DNA from: Camelus dromedarius
Taxonomy: Eukaryota
Reading direction: 5' to 3'
DNA length: 64,000 bases
Assembly (NCBI RefSeq): GCF_036321535.1
Contig: NC_087436.1
Span: 17,546,001 to 17,610,000 of the forward strand
In this document: positions 36,001 through 49,938 of the stretch, one piece after another
Numbering within the stretch: position 1 is the stretch's first letter
Layout of the letters: each line of letters opens with the position of its first letter
The notes under the pieces: model-generated
Database searches by the model: none
Told to the model about the DNA's origin: nothing
Seen by the model: only the letters and a program-made list of their open reading frames with translations
Program-made: the position numbers and the translations under genes

Positions 36001-37915
36001 TCAAATCTTTTAAGAAAGCCCAACAACAGAGGTGTTTCTTTTTGCTCTGCCATTAACCGAGTTGGTTCTTCCTCTCCTACTTAGCTACTGTTTTTGTATG
36101 TACAATCAAAACCCCAGAAAAACCCCAGACAAACCCCATCCAACTCACAGATACAGTGGCGCACTTACTCAGAGTAGTGTAAATAGAACATAGGTTTTCC
36201 CCTAACCTTACTAAAGCATAAACAGAATTTTCTAAGTCTATACGCATTATCTTCAGAAAGAATCCAAGTGTTTCCATTGCAAATTGTGAGACAGACTAGA
36301 TGGAAATTGAAGATCATCATACAATTCATAATGTCCTTAAACCCTAAAGCCTTAAGATTCAGAAAAATACGGTGTTTTCTACTTATCCTAACACTTCTTC
36401 AGTTCAGTCATCATCTATTAGGCGTAAAAATATAACTAAAATTTTTACAGATTCACGGGTAGAACTGATTGTATGTGTTGGGAACTTATACCTGTTTAAA
36501 CCATCAATGAGAATTCTTTGAAACCTACTGTAGAAATTGTAAATACCGAATAATCCCCAGAAACAAGTCATCAGCACACCAATTAGACTGGCTTTGGTAA
36601 ATACCTTCTCTGGCAGTTGCCAAGCATAGCAAGTAAACAAAACGGATGTTCTTTGTACCTTTTGACAGAAAGTGCTTCCTTACCTGAAGAAAATTATTCC
36701 TATAAAAATCTGTCTTGCAAGTATTTTTCTTGTGTTTCTGATACCAGTATAATCAGGAAGCAATGAAAGTGGTCGCTGAAACGCCAGTTTTCACAAAGCT
36801 CTGCGGGCCAATGGGAATGAGTATTAATTCAAATAAACTTCGGAATGCCAGCCAAACCCCTGAAACTTGTTAGCAATCCACCCAGTCAGTTGGTTCTGCT
36901 TTTTCAGTACTACCTTATCCTGAAATGACCTGATAGAAAAGCTAGTGTCTGATGACATATGACATCAAGTGTTCAACGAGAATTCTACTGGCATAACCTC
37001 CCGTGTGACTGCTTGTGTTCTCTGACCTTCCACAGCACTCAGGAAGGACTGAGTACTTTTTCAGCAAAACTTGCAAGACCAAAATTTAATTTCTTAGAGA
37101 AGTAACTCTCAACAGCATTCAGAAATTTGATTTTGGACTAGAAAATAGTAAAGTCCCTAACTGAGGTCCCTTTTTTCCCCATAAGGAGTCTTTTCTAGCA
37201 TTAATTTCACTTACATACAATAGTCATTTTACATTTTATTTTGTTACTGAAGGTATAAAATGGTCTATATTTCATTTAAAACAGAAACTAGAAGTGTTTG
37301 GTCAACTTCTTTTTTGCAACAAATATTAACCCAGTGTTTTATCTTGCTTGACTTTTCAAATATGGTGTTTTATAGCACCTTGATTTCTAGCTGGGTAAAT
37401 GTAAAGGTTATGTCAGCATTTGCATTATAAGTCCATGTTTTGGGGGTTTGTAACTAAGTCATAAAAAATAATTCTGACTAAAACTTGGAATGCCAAAGGT
37501 CCACCCTGAAACACAGGTTTGTTCCTAGATGTACTATACACATGTACACACACTCACGTGCAAACACACACACACACACATCAGAATTCAACAACTACTG
37601 TTTTGTAAAATACATTCATTCAATACGTTGCCTTGATGAGAATGAATTGAAAGAACGTCAAGGCTACAAAGTGAAATAAAACACGCAGTCAACCAATGGG
37701 AGCCAATTATATCCTAAGATATATGTAGTAGATTTGAAAGATAATTTAAGGACAATAGGAATTAATAGTTAAAGATTAACGGATAGAAAGATGAAGACAG
37801 ACCTCCACAAAAAAATAAAAAAAGAAAAGAAAAAGAAAAATAGCTCTTTCTTAACCAGAACTGTTTGAGCCTCCTTTCACACTGTCTAGAAGATGGTCTC
37901 TGAATCTCTTTGCAG

Positions 37916-38011
37916 ATGTGATCTAATGTCCTTGAACACACTTATTACAATTCATCATCTACATAGCAACAGACAGGGCTGTGCTCATAAACCAGAGTGG
38001 CGCTGGACCTG
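37916..38011 (+). other. Candidate spliced exon (96 nt), unverified
   Basis: Acceptor tctctgaatctctttgcag|A and donor CTG|gtaagt, 2 kb to the right of the CpG island. Confidence 0.28.
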
Positions 38012-38509
38012 GTAAGTCATTAAGCAAATATATTCCTAAGTCATATGACACTTGCGTGCCCACTGCTTGCCTATAAGAAGAAAATAGGATTTCTCATATA
38101 CATTTCTAAGACTTGTAAAGTGGTTTCCTTCAAGTCATATCTTGCCATTTTAGCATTATTTGGCTATTTTCAAATGCTAAAACATTTCTGAATACTTTTT
38201 TCATTGTTGTCTTTAAAATTACTATATTTTTCATTGCATGGTCGTAAAATCTGTTAGCAAGTAGGGAACAAAAGTATTTTTACTGAGACATTAAAAAAAA
38301 ATTAAGAACTGGGGGAGGAAAATCTGAGATAACTTCAACACCAGAATCTAATCTTATCAAAAAGATAAGGCAGTTGGTGTGTCTGAAAAATCACTTATTT
38401 ACCACTTAATCATAGAACGTATACACTCCAAGATGACTCAAGAAAGAATAAAGTGACTTAATAGAGACTAGCAGTAGTTGTAGTGCATGAATCTGTTTTA
38501 GTTGGTGAA

Positions 38510-38755
38510 AAAAGTTGTAACTCAGAGGTTAAGAGCAAAGACTAAGATGCTGGATTGCCTGGTTCAGATCCTGGCTCTAGCAGTGGTACTTGGCTGCATG
38601 ACCTTGAACTAGTTACTCAGCCTCTCTATGACTCAGCTTCCTCATCTAGAAAGTGGGTTTAAAGTAGTATTTTGTACTTGTAGATATGTTTTTAAGATTA
38701 AATGAATAAACTGAAAACCCATTCAATGCTTGGTACATCGTAAGTGCTACTTAAG

Positions 38756-38760
<5 letters not shown>
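38510..38760 (+). mobile_element. MIR SINE with an (ATT)n tail at 38758-38805
   Basis: ggttaagagc...gcctggttcagatcctggctct...ctcagcttcctcatct...agattaaatga. Confidence 0.88.
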
Positions 38761-38794
<34 letters not shown>

Positions 38795-40469
38795 ATTATT
38801 ATTACTATTTGACTAAACTCAGAAGAAAAATTCTGTAGGAAAGTAGTAACATTGTTTCATGTATCAAAATCATATATCATCCTCTCATCCTGGTTCTTTT
38901 CATTTCAGAAATTTTAACAAATAGAAAATCTATGTACTCAGGAGAAAATGAATAAGAATGAAGGCAATATTGGCTTACTCGTTACGATGACCATAGTAAA
39001 ATAAAACTGCTTGAAGAAATATACCAAACTGTGCATGACTGGCTCTGCTGGGAAGAAATATAATAATTATGTCTATCACTTCGTGAGTTTTGCATGTGAA
39101 AATGTGGAGGAACTGATTTGTCTCGACCTCTGATGTTGCTTAAAGGAGCAAATAAAAGTAAAATCTTGTGTATCCTCTAAACTGAGGAACCTGTTTCATG
39201 ATTAGAGAGGCAAGAAAGGCTGAGGGTATTGTATCCTCAAAGGAAGTTCCCAAGGTGTTGAAAGCCGTCCTAGTTATCTTAGAAGGTGGAGAACATTCCA
39301 CTCTCTCCTCTGGGCAGAGAGATGGGAGGAATTTGAGACTGCACGATTCAGTGAAGGGAGAAATTCAGGATGATTTTGGTGCCACCCAACCTCGAAGCAG
39401 GTATGGAGGTTCTATCTTACCTCTCTCTTTACCCAACTTGGTCTGATACTAGCTTTTGATTGGCACAAAAGTATGTTCCAGAAATTAGGAGGAAGTCAAA
39501 ACAAAGAGTAATTTGATTAAAGTGTTTCTGGCTGAATTAAAACAAAAAACCAAAAACCTCTTCTTTTGACAAGTTTCAGAGTCAGATGGAGCTATATTTG
39601 AATTAATGACCCCCTTTAGAATACCAGTAATGGAGCTTCCTGGACACAGAAATACAAATCTTACCCAGCTATCCTCACCTATTTTCCTGTCTATCCAGAG
39701 TCAAGCTGAGAAGAGGTTTCTCGGTGCTGTCTATAACCCCTACCAAAGAAGTTTTAGTATGACTACTTCAAACAAACAGAGCTCCTTCCAGGGAGGAGCC
39801 CAGGGGCAGATGTTTATCCAACAGAATTACTGCCACAATATTGGTCACCCCACCCTTGAGCTCCACTCCACCTGCAAAACTGAGTCTTAAGTGTGCAAAG
39901 TCACTTGAATACACTCAAGTTTCTCTGAGCCGTGCTGTGTGAAGCAATGACAAAAAGAACGCAGTCTGGGTTATTTTTCTGTGCAATCCCTAAGCTTGTG
40001 TTAAAAATTAAATCTGTGGTTGTTTTTCCCATCCCCAACCCCTTATTCAGTCTTACTGCATTCTTTAGGCATTAAAGTGTCCATTTCTCTTCACTGTTCT
40101 GCCGTTATTAGAAAATAAGAGCATTGCAGTTTTAAAATACTAGAGTTTTGAAAACCTTCGTTGGAGGCAAGGATATGGCAATGAAATCAGTTCTACTCAT
40201 AGAGAAGGGTCAGGATGCCTCACTACAACTCTTTGGATGTCAGATGCACAGAATGCCTGTGAGTCCATTCTCTCCAAGCTGATGTGATGTTTGTAACAGC
40301 AAGCATATATTTCATTCCTGCACTAAATGACAACAATTGTTTCATATATCAATGAAGCTTCTTCTGGAGAGAATGTCTCTCCTATTTCAAGTTCATTTGA
40401 CCCCCTAACAGTAATATTAGGAGAAGGTAGATTCACTAGGAATTTTGGCTCCACTTCAGTTTCAGCCTT

Positions 40470-40578
40470 CTAGGTGTGAAAAAATCTCAGGTCCTGCCCC
40501 AGACCTTTTGAATCAGAATCTGCATTTTAATAAGACCTGGGGTGATTTATCTGCATATTAAAGTTCAGGATGCACTGG
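40470..40578. mobile_element. MER5A-like hAT-Charlie MITE fragment
   Basis: ccccagaccttttgaatcagaatctgcattttaataagacc...ggtgatttatctgcatattaaagttcaggatgcactg. Confidence 0.8.
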
Positions 40579-41129
40579 TTAAAACAATCAGAAATTCTAC
40601 TAGAAATCATACCAAGGCAGCTCCCCAAGTGCTGATTTTGGCAACAAATCAAGATCACTTTAACTCAAAAAATTTTTGATGACTTTCTCTTTATGTAATA
40701 AGAAGCTACTCTATAATATATGTTAATTCATTTGAAGATGTTTTAATGATTTTGATACCTATGATATACAACTTCCACTGAATATGTAAACTCAGAATTT
40801 TAAGCATTTATTTGCACATAAATTATAATTAGTTTTGAGCATTGTTGCTAAAAAATTGAAATCTGCAGAGAATTCTTAATTTGGCATCCTTTTAAAAACC
40901 TTTCATCCTTCCCCCCAAATTTGGATATATGTTACAGGCTGTTAGTAATTAAGGTAAATATGATATTATATTGCAAATTAACTAATGAATATGAACTTTT
41001 AAATTATTTCTATGTCATATGTATAATTTTATATATACATAATTTTACATATAAATAAAGTATAATATATATAATGCTATATAGTCTTATTCTATATTTT
41101 TAAACACTGATTTTTCACTCATTCAAAAG

Positions 41130-41968
41130 TGATCAGCCCCGCCAGGGTCCCAGTGCCGAGGCTGTGGCTGCTTGTTCAAGTGAATAGCTTGAGCATCCAC
41201 CAAGGACCGTTATCCCCTCAGCATCAGCATCTCAGCCTCTGGTCTGCTCTGTGTTGGCAGCCATAGTGATTCTAGGAAGCAGGTCCAACCTGAATGGAAC
41301 CATGAAGGCTGTAACTCATCTGACATTCCCAAGGTCAAATGATGCACCACACTCTGGTATGTGGAATCTGTTTCCTCAGTTATCACCTGATGGGGCAGGT
41401 GACAAAGTTCAGAAGTATTACCATCCCAAGGGGTGAACTTTGACCACTGAGAGATGAGCGATGAGAGAAAAAGGTCAAGTAAGTTCCTCTCCCTTTTCCA
41501 AGACAGGGATTGTCAATAAACAGTCAAAGGGCCAATCTGGCCTGCCTCCTAGTTTGGTAAATAAAGTTTTATTGGAACATAGCCATGCCCATTCATTTGT
41601 TTATTGTCTAGGACAACCTTCACAGTACAACAGAGTTGAATAATTATTACAGAGACCATGTACCTTGCAAAATCTGAAATATTTACTATGTGGCCCTTTA
41701 CAGAAAAAGTCTGCAAACCCCTGAACTAAAAGTTTGCTCTGAGGCAGGACTTGCTTGGAAAATACTGTGAACCAAGATATCAGTTAGGTTTCGGATGAAG
41801 CTCTGGCCAGCCTGGTTATGTATCTCTTCGTGTTTGCATTCCTTCCTCCCTTGTCTCACTTGCCTTTGTGCCTCAGACCTGCTGCTCTGGGATTGCAACT
41901 GTCAGTAAAGCCCGAGCATGTCAGTTTTATCACAGACTCAATTTTCTAGAGAACCTGAAATAAAGACA
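41130..41968 (+). mobile_element. ERVL-class LTR (LTR16/LTR33-like) interrupted by MER58A
   Basis: The 3' end ctgggattgcaac...ttttctagagaacctgaaataaagaca resembles the LTR16/33 terminus. The 5' boundary is uncertain. Confidence 0.55.
41504..41723. mobile_element. MER58A hAT-Charlie MITE, essentially full length
   Basis: Ends caggg...cccctg, 220 bp. Internal gtaaataaagttttattggaacatagccatgcccattcattt and aaatatttactatgtggccctttacagaaaaag. Confidence 0.92.
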
Positions 41969-44900
41969 GCTACAAATCTAAGACCCAGATTCATGAATTT
42001 TGTTCTTCCTAGATGTATTGGCTTTCTCATAAGTTGCATTAATCTATCAAACAGGATATAATCATTTTCTAATTCTTCCATATTAATTTAAACTAGTTTT
42101 ACAAAGCCATCATGCCTGTAAGATCTCTAGTGAGGATGTATGGAAAATTCAGATCAATTTTCCTTGTGGTGTATATTTGGGGAGTGGTTTTGCAATGCAG
42201 GATTTCTCTTGACTCTAGTATCATTTCACTTGGTAGCACACAATTGGAAGTCACTAGTGTTTTCCAAGGTCATATTTAATGAGTATTATGGATGACAACT
42301 TGCATCTGTTATGGCTGGTCAACACCATCTCTCCTGCTTTGTATTTTGATTCCCCCTATAACTAAGTCTACCCACTTCTCTAAGTTCATGTCTGCTATAT
42401 TTTTTCTATCAATTTTAAAGATGTAATTTGCAAGTTCTATTAAACTACCAACAAAGCATTCATTTTCAGGCTAAAGAAAGACATTAAATGCTGAGACGGA
42501 TGAGAAATGGAGCACAATTTATAGAAAACTGGCATAATGCCAGGGAGCTTTCAGAAGTGTGCATTGTAGCTTGCACTGTGTCTCCCTACGCCCTGCTTAC
42601 TAAGGTGCTTTCCTTGAGGAAGGAGTAGTACAAAAGGTAACACCAACCTGAATTTGATCAAGGCTGTTGGCCTAACAAAGATAAAAGGGAAAACTGCTCT
42701 AGGTATACCAGAGATTTAGCCCAGATTCTCTTTCATCCCCTCTCTGTATCTCTGGTTAAGGTGGACTAGACTATGTCTGGTCAGAGAGTGAGTGACTGAC
42801 CTTATTGGGAACCATGTGTTGAGTCCACCTTGGAAAGTACCAGTGTTGACCAGGACTTCTCATTCAAGTTCAGTCTTGACTGATCTTCTTGGAACCAAAT
42901 TGTGGAGAAGGAATTGCCTTGGTTCCATGTTCTTCCATGCTTGGTTCCACACTTGGTTCCAGTCCCTTAAGTCAAAATGGGTTATCTGCCATCCAGCTAT
43001 GGGAAGAAAAACGTAACAGTTCTTTGTTATCAGTTCAATGTTTTTAATTGCTGACACCCACAAAAGAAATCATGATCAGACTTCGGAAATAAAGATTAAA
43101 ATGGAATGCTGGTGGGTATACAGAAACCAGGGACTGTGCTTCACTTTACACTAACTACATTCTTTCCAAATGTCTCATATCTTGCTGTTCATGCTTGGGG
43201 AAACTCATTTGCCAATTTGGAAAACGAAACAAAATCTAAACTTCTCTAAAATGATGTAATGCTTTAATTTAGTCAGAGAAGTTTCTCTTTCAGTTACACC
43301 CTATTTATTCATAACAATTCTACCTTTGAAAATAGAAACGAATTCATAGATCACTGTCTTAGCTTGCATTTAGGTACCAGCCTTGAAGAAGCCATAAACA
43401 TTCTAATTAATAAATTAAAACATTCCTTTGGTGTTACTATCAATGCCGTTTATCGGCTTCAGTTACGAAAGAAAACTATTGATAATTATTTGGAACATTA
43501 GGAAAAGCCTAGAAATGTGTAAACCAAACATAAGCCCTTAAAATTCAGTTAGCTTTGCTCTGATTGTATAAATAAAATCCAATAAAGATCAGATAAGACT
43601 TGGCCAAAAAAAATGAGTATTGGCTTTCCTCATGTACAATCTAGAGAAGTAAAAACCCATGCAAATCAAGCAAGCAAAATCAAGTGCCTATTTTAATTGT
43701 GCTATTACAATAATTTCCTCTATAGTTCCTGGACTTTAGAACCATCTTTTAGCGGTCTACTTTGACATCTAAATACCCAGGTAACTGCAGACAAAATACT
43801 GCTAAGGTTTCCAAATAAAATCATTTTTATCCAGATACGTGAATGGGTGTTAATATAATCACAGAGTACCTCCCTCAAACTAAAATAAAACAAAAAAAAC
43901 AAACCAAAAAATCCTAGTTTCAATTCCCCCTAAACTTCATTTTAAACCCTCTTGTTTACATAAATCTGAACCCTTTCTTGTATATCCCAATCTCTTGTAA
44001 GTTTTAGAAATAGTAGTCTCCTTAAAAGTAATATTAAATGTAACAGGGAAATTTTTGTCATTCCAATTAAGAATGTACTATTAATTATAAAATTTCCCAA
44101 AGCACCTGGATTGTAATAGCCATAGGTATTTATGCAATTAGCAACAACCCTTTATAAAAGATCTTAAAAGACATATTGTTTTATCTATAAAGCTGGCTCC
44201 ATTTATTTGGGAAAAAAGATGTGTATAATAGTGAGCAGGGCCATCTCTAATATTTCACAATGCTTTATTTCTAACTGTGAAAGATCTTTAAGGAGCTCAG
44301 CTTCCCAGAAGCTCAGAGATCTCGTCCCACTCTTTTTTGTACCCTGTGCGTGAAAATAAACTATGTCTTGTCAACATGGAAATGCTGGGGCTCAAGTCTC
44401 TTTAAGGCCCCTCTAAGATCAAGACTCCTGACAAGGAAAGAGGTTCTGCTTGGGGGTAGCAATCGAGCCAGGTCCACTCGTCAACAACCCTGTGATACTG
44501 TGTTTCAATCTGCAAAGAAACCCGACTCCTTTGAAAACTAAAAGAGCCAACTGTGGTGGCATATTTGACTAACCATCTCCTTGGCTTGCTGGCCCATGAG
44601 CAGTGTGAATTGATTGTGCATCACGGCTCTTTTTTTGCCTGAGCTTTCTCACTGAACAATCCAAGAGGTATCGCCTTGGCTCCAGACACCTGATATTTGA
44701 GGGAACCTTCATTCATTGTTTGCTCAGTGTTTCTCAAGCTTTGTGTTGGAGAGAAGCTATCCTGAAATAATGGAGAAAACTGAAGATAATAAAGACCCCA
44801 ATGATGAGGAGAGATTCACACTTCCCCTTTTATTGAAATGCTTCTTTCTTCTGCTCAGCCACATTGAACATGTATCTCTAAAGCCTTAAGAGCTTTTTCC

Positions 44901-46239
44901 CATGCAAGTATATTGGGTTAGACAACATGCACAGATTTAATGTCCATGGTTTCACCAACAGTGAGTAACCTTGAAGAATTTGAGTTGGACATGCTACAAG
45001 CCAGAAGCTTACTGACTTCATCCTCCACTAACCAAGATCTGTTATTCTCTACATGTATGTTGCCATGTACACAGTAAAGATCATGAGGGGATACAAATTT
45101 GTTTCCCTGTGAAAAGACATTCCTCAAATGAGAGGGAATTACTACTGCTGACAGCAAAAATGAAAGAGAATGTGAAACAATCTAAGAAAAATCATGGGGC
45201 TGAGAATATAAAAAGTTTCATGGGGAAAACACTTTGTTATTGTGATATTTATACATTTGAATATTTATGAAGCTTTGAGATGGCTCTCTCTTGAATTCAA
45301 AGTGTCTGTTGTAAATCTAAGATTTTAAAAAATCATAACATCATACCATGAGCAAACTATTTATGAGACAGAAAATTTAAGAAACCAAGCATAACCAATT
45401 CAGTCACCAAGTCAGCAAAGAGAACAAGTCACAAAAATAAATGTTTTACGAGGAAACCATATAAAGATGGAATAACAATTCAGTTTCCGTTCAGCATTGG
45501 CTTGATTTTCACTCACCACAAGGTTCTGGAATCTGGTGTGTCAATACAAGTTCTACTTTGCTGGCTCTCTCAGAAGGGTTTCTTGTAACTAAAATGATAA
45601 AGCAGAAGGAGTTGCTTCCTAAAATTTTCCTTTGGTTATTATTAGCAGAATCAACTCTATCTAGTGCATAGAGAACATACCCTCCTGTATAGTCATTGTC
45701 TGGGAGAGTTGTCATTAGTTTCATATCCACTTAGGGAAACCATTGCTTTACCCCATCACATTGCTATCCTTTAAAACTACTGGTGATCTAAACAGAGAAT
45801 CGTGCCCAAAATACATTAAATATTTCTAAACTACACTAATAGTCTATTAATTCACTTCTAGGAAGCAATGATATATGTCATACAAATTAAATACACACAC
45901 AAGCAAAAACTCACCCATACTTACACACATGAGCCACAAATAATATTTAAAATATAAAATTCTCATTCTGTACAAGTGAAATAGTTTCCAAGTTCAGACC
46001 AAGGAATTAAAAAGGATGATGATTTAATCTCTTGTTTCAGAAGCAAAATTTTTTAAAAAATGAGATTTCTTTTCTCCATTATCTCACAAATTTCTCTGTG
46101 AATTTGGAAAATGAAATAAAATTTCTATAGTTTAATTCTCTGTAAAATCACAATATTACAGGTAAGCATGATACAATTTTTAAAATCTTAAAAAAAATGC
46201 CATGGAAAAAGAAAGGGATTTTAGTTACAAAGTACACGT

Positions 46240-46460
46240 CAAATTAGCCGTGGAAAGAGCTTTAAACATAGATTTAGAACCTGTCTTCTAACCTTGATTG
46301 TTCAGCCCATGAGCTGTCCAAATTTGGTCATTTTACCTCTCAACATTTTATATAATAAGAATACAAATTATAACACACATTAGTTGTGAAGATTAAATGA
46401 AATAATGCTTATGGACAAGACAAGCATAATGGAAGGCACATTGTAGATACTCAGTAAATT
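46240..46460 (+). mobile_element. MIR SINE
   Basis: gtggaaagagcttt...gttgtgaagattaaatgaaataatgctta...gtagatactcagtaaat. Confidence 0.7.
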
Positions 46461-47086
46461 TAGTACCTTTTCCCGTTTATCTCAGGCTTTACACCCTTAA
46501 GGATACAGTTACACACTTTAGGTTATAGTTGCTGTAAAGCCTTCTAAAAGCAATGGATAAAAGCCAATCTAGACCTGAAGACCTTAAATAGAAGTTAATT
46601 TCAAAAATAAAAATAAGGGGTAAAATTGTCCCCGGTTTACTATTAAAAAACAATCATTTACTTTAATTACTATAGAGAAGGGAAAAAAGAAGCATTCATT
46701 TCAGGTTTGGGGGATTTCAACAAAGGTTCCCACCATTTTGCATGTAATTATCCAAGAGAATAAGGAGATTCCTTTCCACTCAACGGTGGCTCAAGGCAGA
46801 TCTGAACTCTAACAATTCAAGATGGGTCAACATCTCTCTCCAAAAGCAGAACTACCTCTGTACCTTGAATCTCTTGATGTGAAATTTTGATAGGAACACT
46901 AGGTTAAATCCAAACAAAAAAATCATCTAATTCACTTATTTCCCAAGTTACCTTTCACCAAAATAAGGTAATCTTCATATGAAGAAGGTCACTGTCAAAT
47001 GACCACTTTGGTGTCAGGTATAAACTGATGAGTTTACTTTTCTGGGCAAGTCCTATAATTCTTTTACTTTGTAAAGAGAAGGATGA

Positions 47087-47370
47087 TGTTGCAGGTCAGG
47101 TGTTTGGGAAGCAGGCTGTAAGAGGACTGAGATTTGCATGCACAAAGTTTATGGCGGAGTACCCCCGGTGTTACCACCTGTGGGATAGTAAAAGAAGTAG
47201 GACTTGGCAGAGGGAGAACGTGGGCACAACAAAGACCTCCATCAATCTCATGGGGAGCTCTGGTGCTAGGAGTGTTAATAGCACAGTTGTCAGAAATTGG
47301 GAAAAGGATCTAGCCTTGCTGTTCTCCTTATGAACCTATCAGACTCAGGCTTTTCTGGGAAGGAGGCACG
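47087..47370 (-). mobile_element. ERVL LTR (LTR16/LTR33-like), probably the 3' LTR of the adjacent internal relic
   Basis: tgttgcaggtcagg...gggaagcag...gagatttgcatgcacaaagtttat...ggcagagggagaa...catggggagctctgg. Confidence 0.72.
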
Positions 47371-47399
47371 TTCCAATCACCAAAGAAACAGAAACTCAG

Positions 47400-48580
47400 C
47401 TTTGCACTATTGGACTTCAATACACCCAGAAGGTGGGAGAATGAGAAATTTAGTCCCAGGAAGAAAAGATGGGGCTGGGAGACTGTTTCCAAGGTTTTTC
47501 CTTTCCTCATTGTGATTGCTCTTACCTGCAGGTTTAGGCTTAGGAACAAATGTGGGATCTTCCTACTACGTTGGATTATATTTTGGGGGACTGAGGAAAC
47601 AATCATTGGGTGGGTCTCTGAATCCCTTGAGCCAAACCTGGGCCAGGACTTTATTTATTATCTATTCCCTGTTGGCTCTGTGTCCTTCATTCCTAAAAAA
47701 TGTTTGAGTGTTCTCAGTATATGGTTATTAAGTAAATGCCCATAGGTTCTTTTGTGGAAGAACTTGGGAATGTATCACTAGATACGTTTGTCAAATTCTT
47801 GCTGTGTCCTTCCTTCCGGGGATCTGGTTTCCCCTGTGGTGCATGGGTTATGGATTGGTAATCTGGCTCAGATTTAGAAAAACGGACTGTAAGGGATTTT
47901 GACATTTGTTGGGGAAGTGGTCTAGCTTATGGATGATCTACTCTTGATTGATTTTCATTGTGTAGATTGAGCAATTCTTTTGCAAACTTCCCATCTATCT
48001 CGCCTATAAGGATGCCATATTCTATTAACCATCTCCAGAGCTCTCCACACTTCAGTTCTCCCAGCTATCACTCCAGACTTGTTGCTGTTTATACTAAGTG
48101 TGTCCAACTGACTTTTGACATTTAATAATTGCAGTCTGTTATTTTAGGGTCCTGTCATTCTTCCTTGCTGTCGGAGTCCAGTTCTGTTAAGGCAACTTCT
48201 ACCATCAGCTCTGGCCTCTGGAGCCACCAGGGAGCTTCTCTATGATGTTGGTGCCATGCTGCTTTGATAAATGGAGTCTCCTTGGGGACTTCCTTTAAAA
48301 TACAGACATCAGTCAGGTTTTCCATCCTTATCTAGTGTAGTTATTTCCCTGAGCCTTCCCACCCATTCTTCATTGCCTGTCCCATTGTGTTGACATTCTA
48401 CTTCACTGAACATGGCCATCATTTTCCTCTTAAGAGCGATTTCCAGCTGTATGATAGCATCAACCCTCAGGATCTTTTATCCATGGAGTTTTCCCATATG
48501 GATAAATCCCCTGTCAAGCTACTTTATTTACCTGTCTCTTTGGGCAACACAACACAATATCATTTTTTAAAAATTTGAGT
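47400..48580 (-). mobile_element. Degraded ERVL internal sequence (gag-pro relic, HERV16/ERV3-16A3-like)
   Basis: Minus-strand translation of 47951-48046 gives GELWRWLIEYGILIGEIDGKFAKELLNLHNEN, resembling the ERVL gag LWRWL...G...EIDG motif. Downstream (~47660-47750) a broken LWAFT/ITIY...FLGMKDTE resembles the ERVL protease region (LLDTG). Confidence 0.75.
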
Positions 48581-49938
48581 GCAACCAAGAAACAGAGGAT
48601 CCTGTGCTATCAGAAAATTCCCCCAAATTCCATGGCTTTTCACAAAGGAGATTAGAATTCTTAAGGTGAAATAGTATTGTGAGAAAAGCATTCTGAGTTT
48701 TCAAACCATAAAATCATTTGTAAATCTAACATTGTCTCACAGAGATGGGTGAGATGAAGGAGAAAAATACAATTGGTTGATACATTTTTTTTCTGTGATT
48801 TTCCCATCTTTCAAATATTTTTTTTCTCTTTCTTTCATTCAAAGGGACACGAGAGAGAATCTGGTCTGACAACAGTTTGCAGATGGAATAGCTAAAATGT
48901 GTAACCACTTGACAAATACCAGTCTGTGGACGTCTTTTAGAGCATTTTCCAACTGAATCTCCCTCCAAAGAATATAAAAAGGCAGGTGTAAAATGTGGTT
49001 ATCTGAGGTGGAAAGTAAGCATCTTCCTGAATTTTCCAAGTGTGAAAAAGAAGGGGTCATTTTCAAGAAGACAAATCTGCATTGATCATACCTGAGACAG
49101 CCATTCACAACTGTAATTACTTCTTAATTGTGTCCTGAGCATTCCCATAATTCTGTTCTCTTGATGCCAGTGCCCTACTGCCCCAAAGCCCGACCACCAT
49201 CATGGCTAGGCCATGGTCTTTCCCATATGCTAGAATTAGAATGTGAATAGGGTTGCTGGAATATACAGTGGGGAAAAAAGGAGGTTTTCTAAAGGCCAAC
49301 AATATCAAAATTAGTTTATCTGAACTCACTGAGTAAACCAGACAGTTTCTCTGTGAGCAACTCCACTTAGCAGTGACTAAACCACTAGAACTAAATTGAC
49401 CTCCTGGATGCATATTTATTAACATATAACCAAAGTAAATCAGATTTAATTTGTCTCTTAGATCACAGAGAGGCCCTTTCCTTCCCTTTTAACCTTGGGA
49501 CAAGTAGACACAACTGAGATCAGGACCTTCTGCATATTAATCAGAGATATTTTGAAATGTTTAGTAAGAACAATATATCGAGGCTCATTACATATTTCTT
49601 TTTTTTTTTTTTTTTTTTTTTGCTGAGAAATATGTTGGGAAATTCCATCTATAGGCTTTTGTATCACTTACACTTAGATGATTAAAAAAATGTTTGTAAG
49701 ATCTATTTGACATCTAGAAGCTTTGGAGGTATTTCTTTTCTCTTCAAGTTCGTTATTAAAAGACACACACAGAGGAAACTATGATTTGCCAAGTGTAAAC
49801 AACCACAGGCACCAAATGTTTCAAGCAGACTTGGAAACCTGACTCTGAGAGTAAAATCTGTCTTTATGTTAAAGATGTACCTACACCCACTCCTGCCCCG
49901 TCCCTCCAATGGTTTCTGTGACATAATTGCTGCTTTTT

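Noticed and set aside
35141..36084. Several overlapping 60-142 aa Arg/Pro/Ala-rich ORFs
   Set aside because: Expected from the scarcity of stop codons in GC-rich DNA; no recognisable domain
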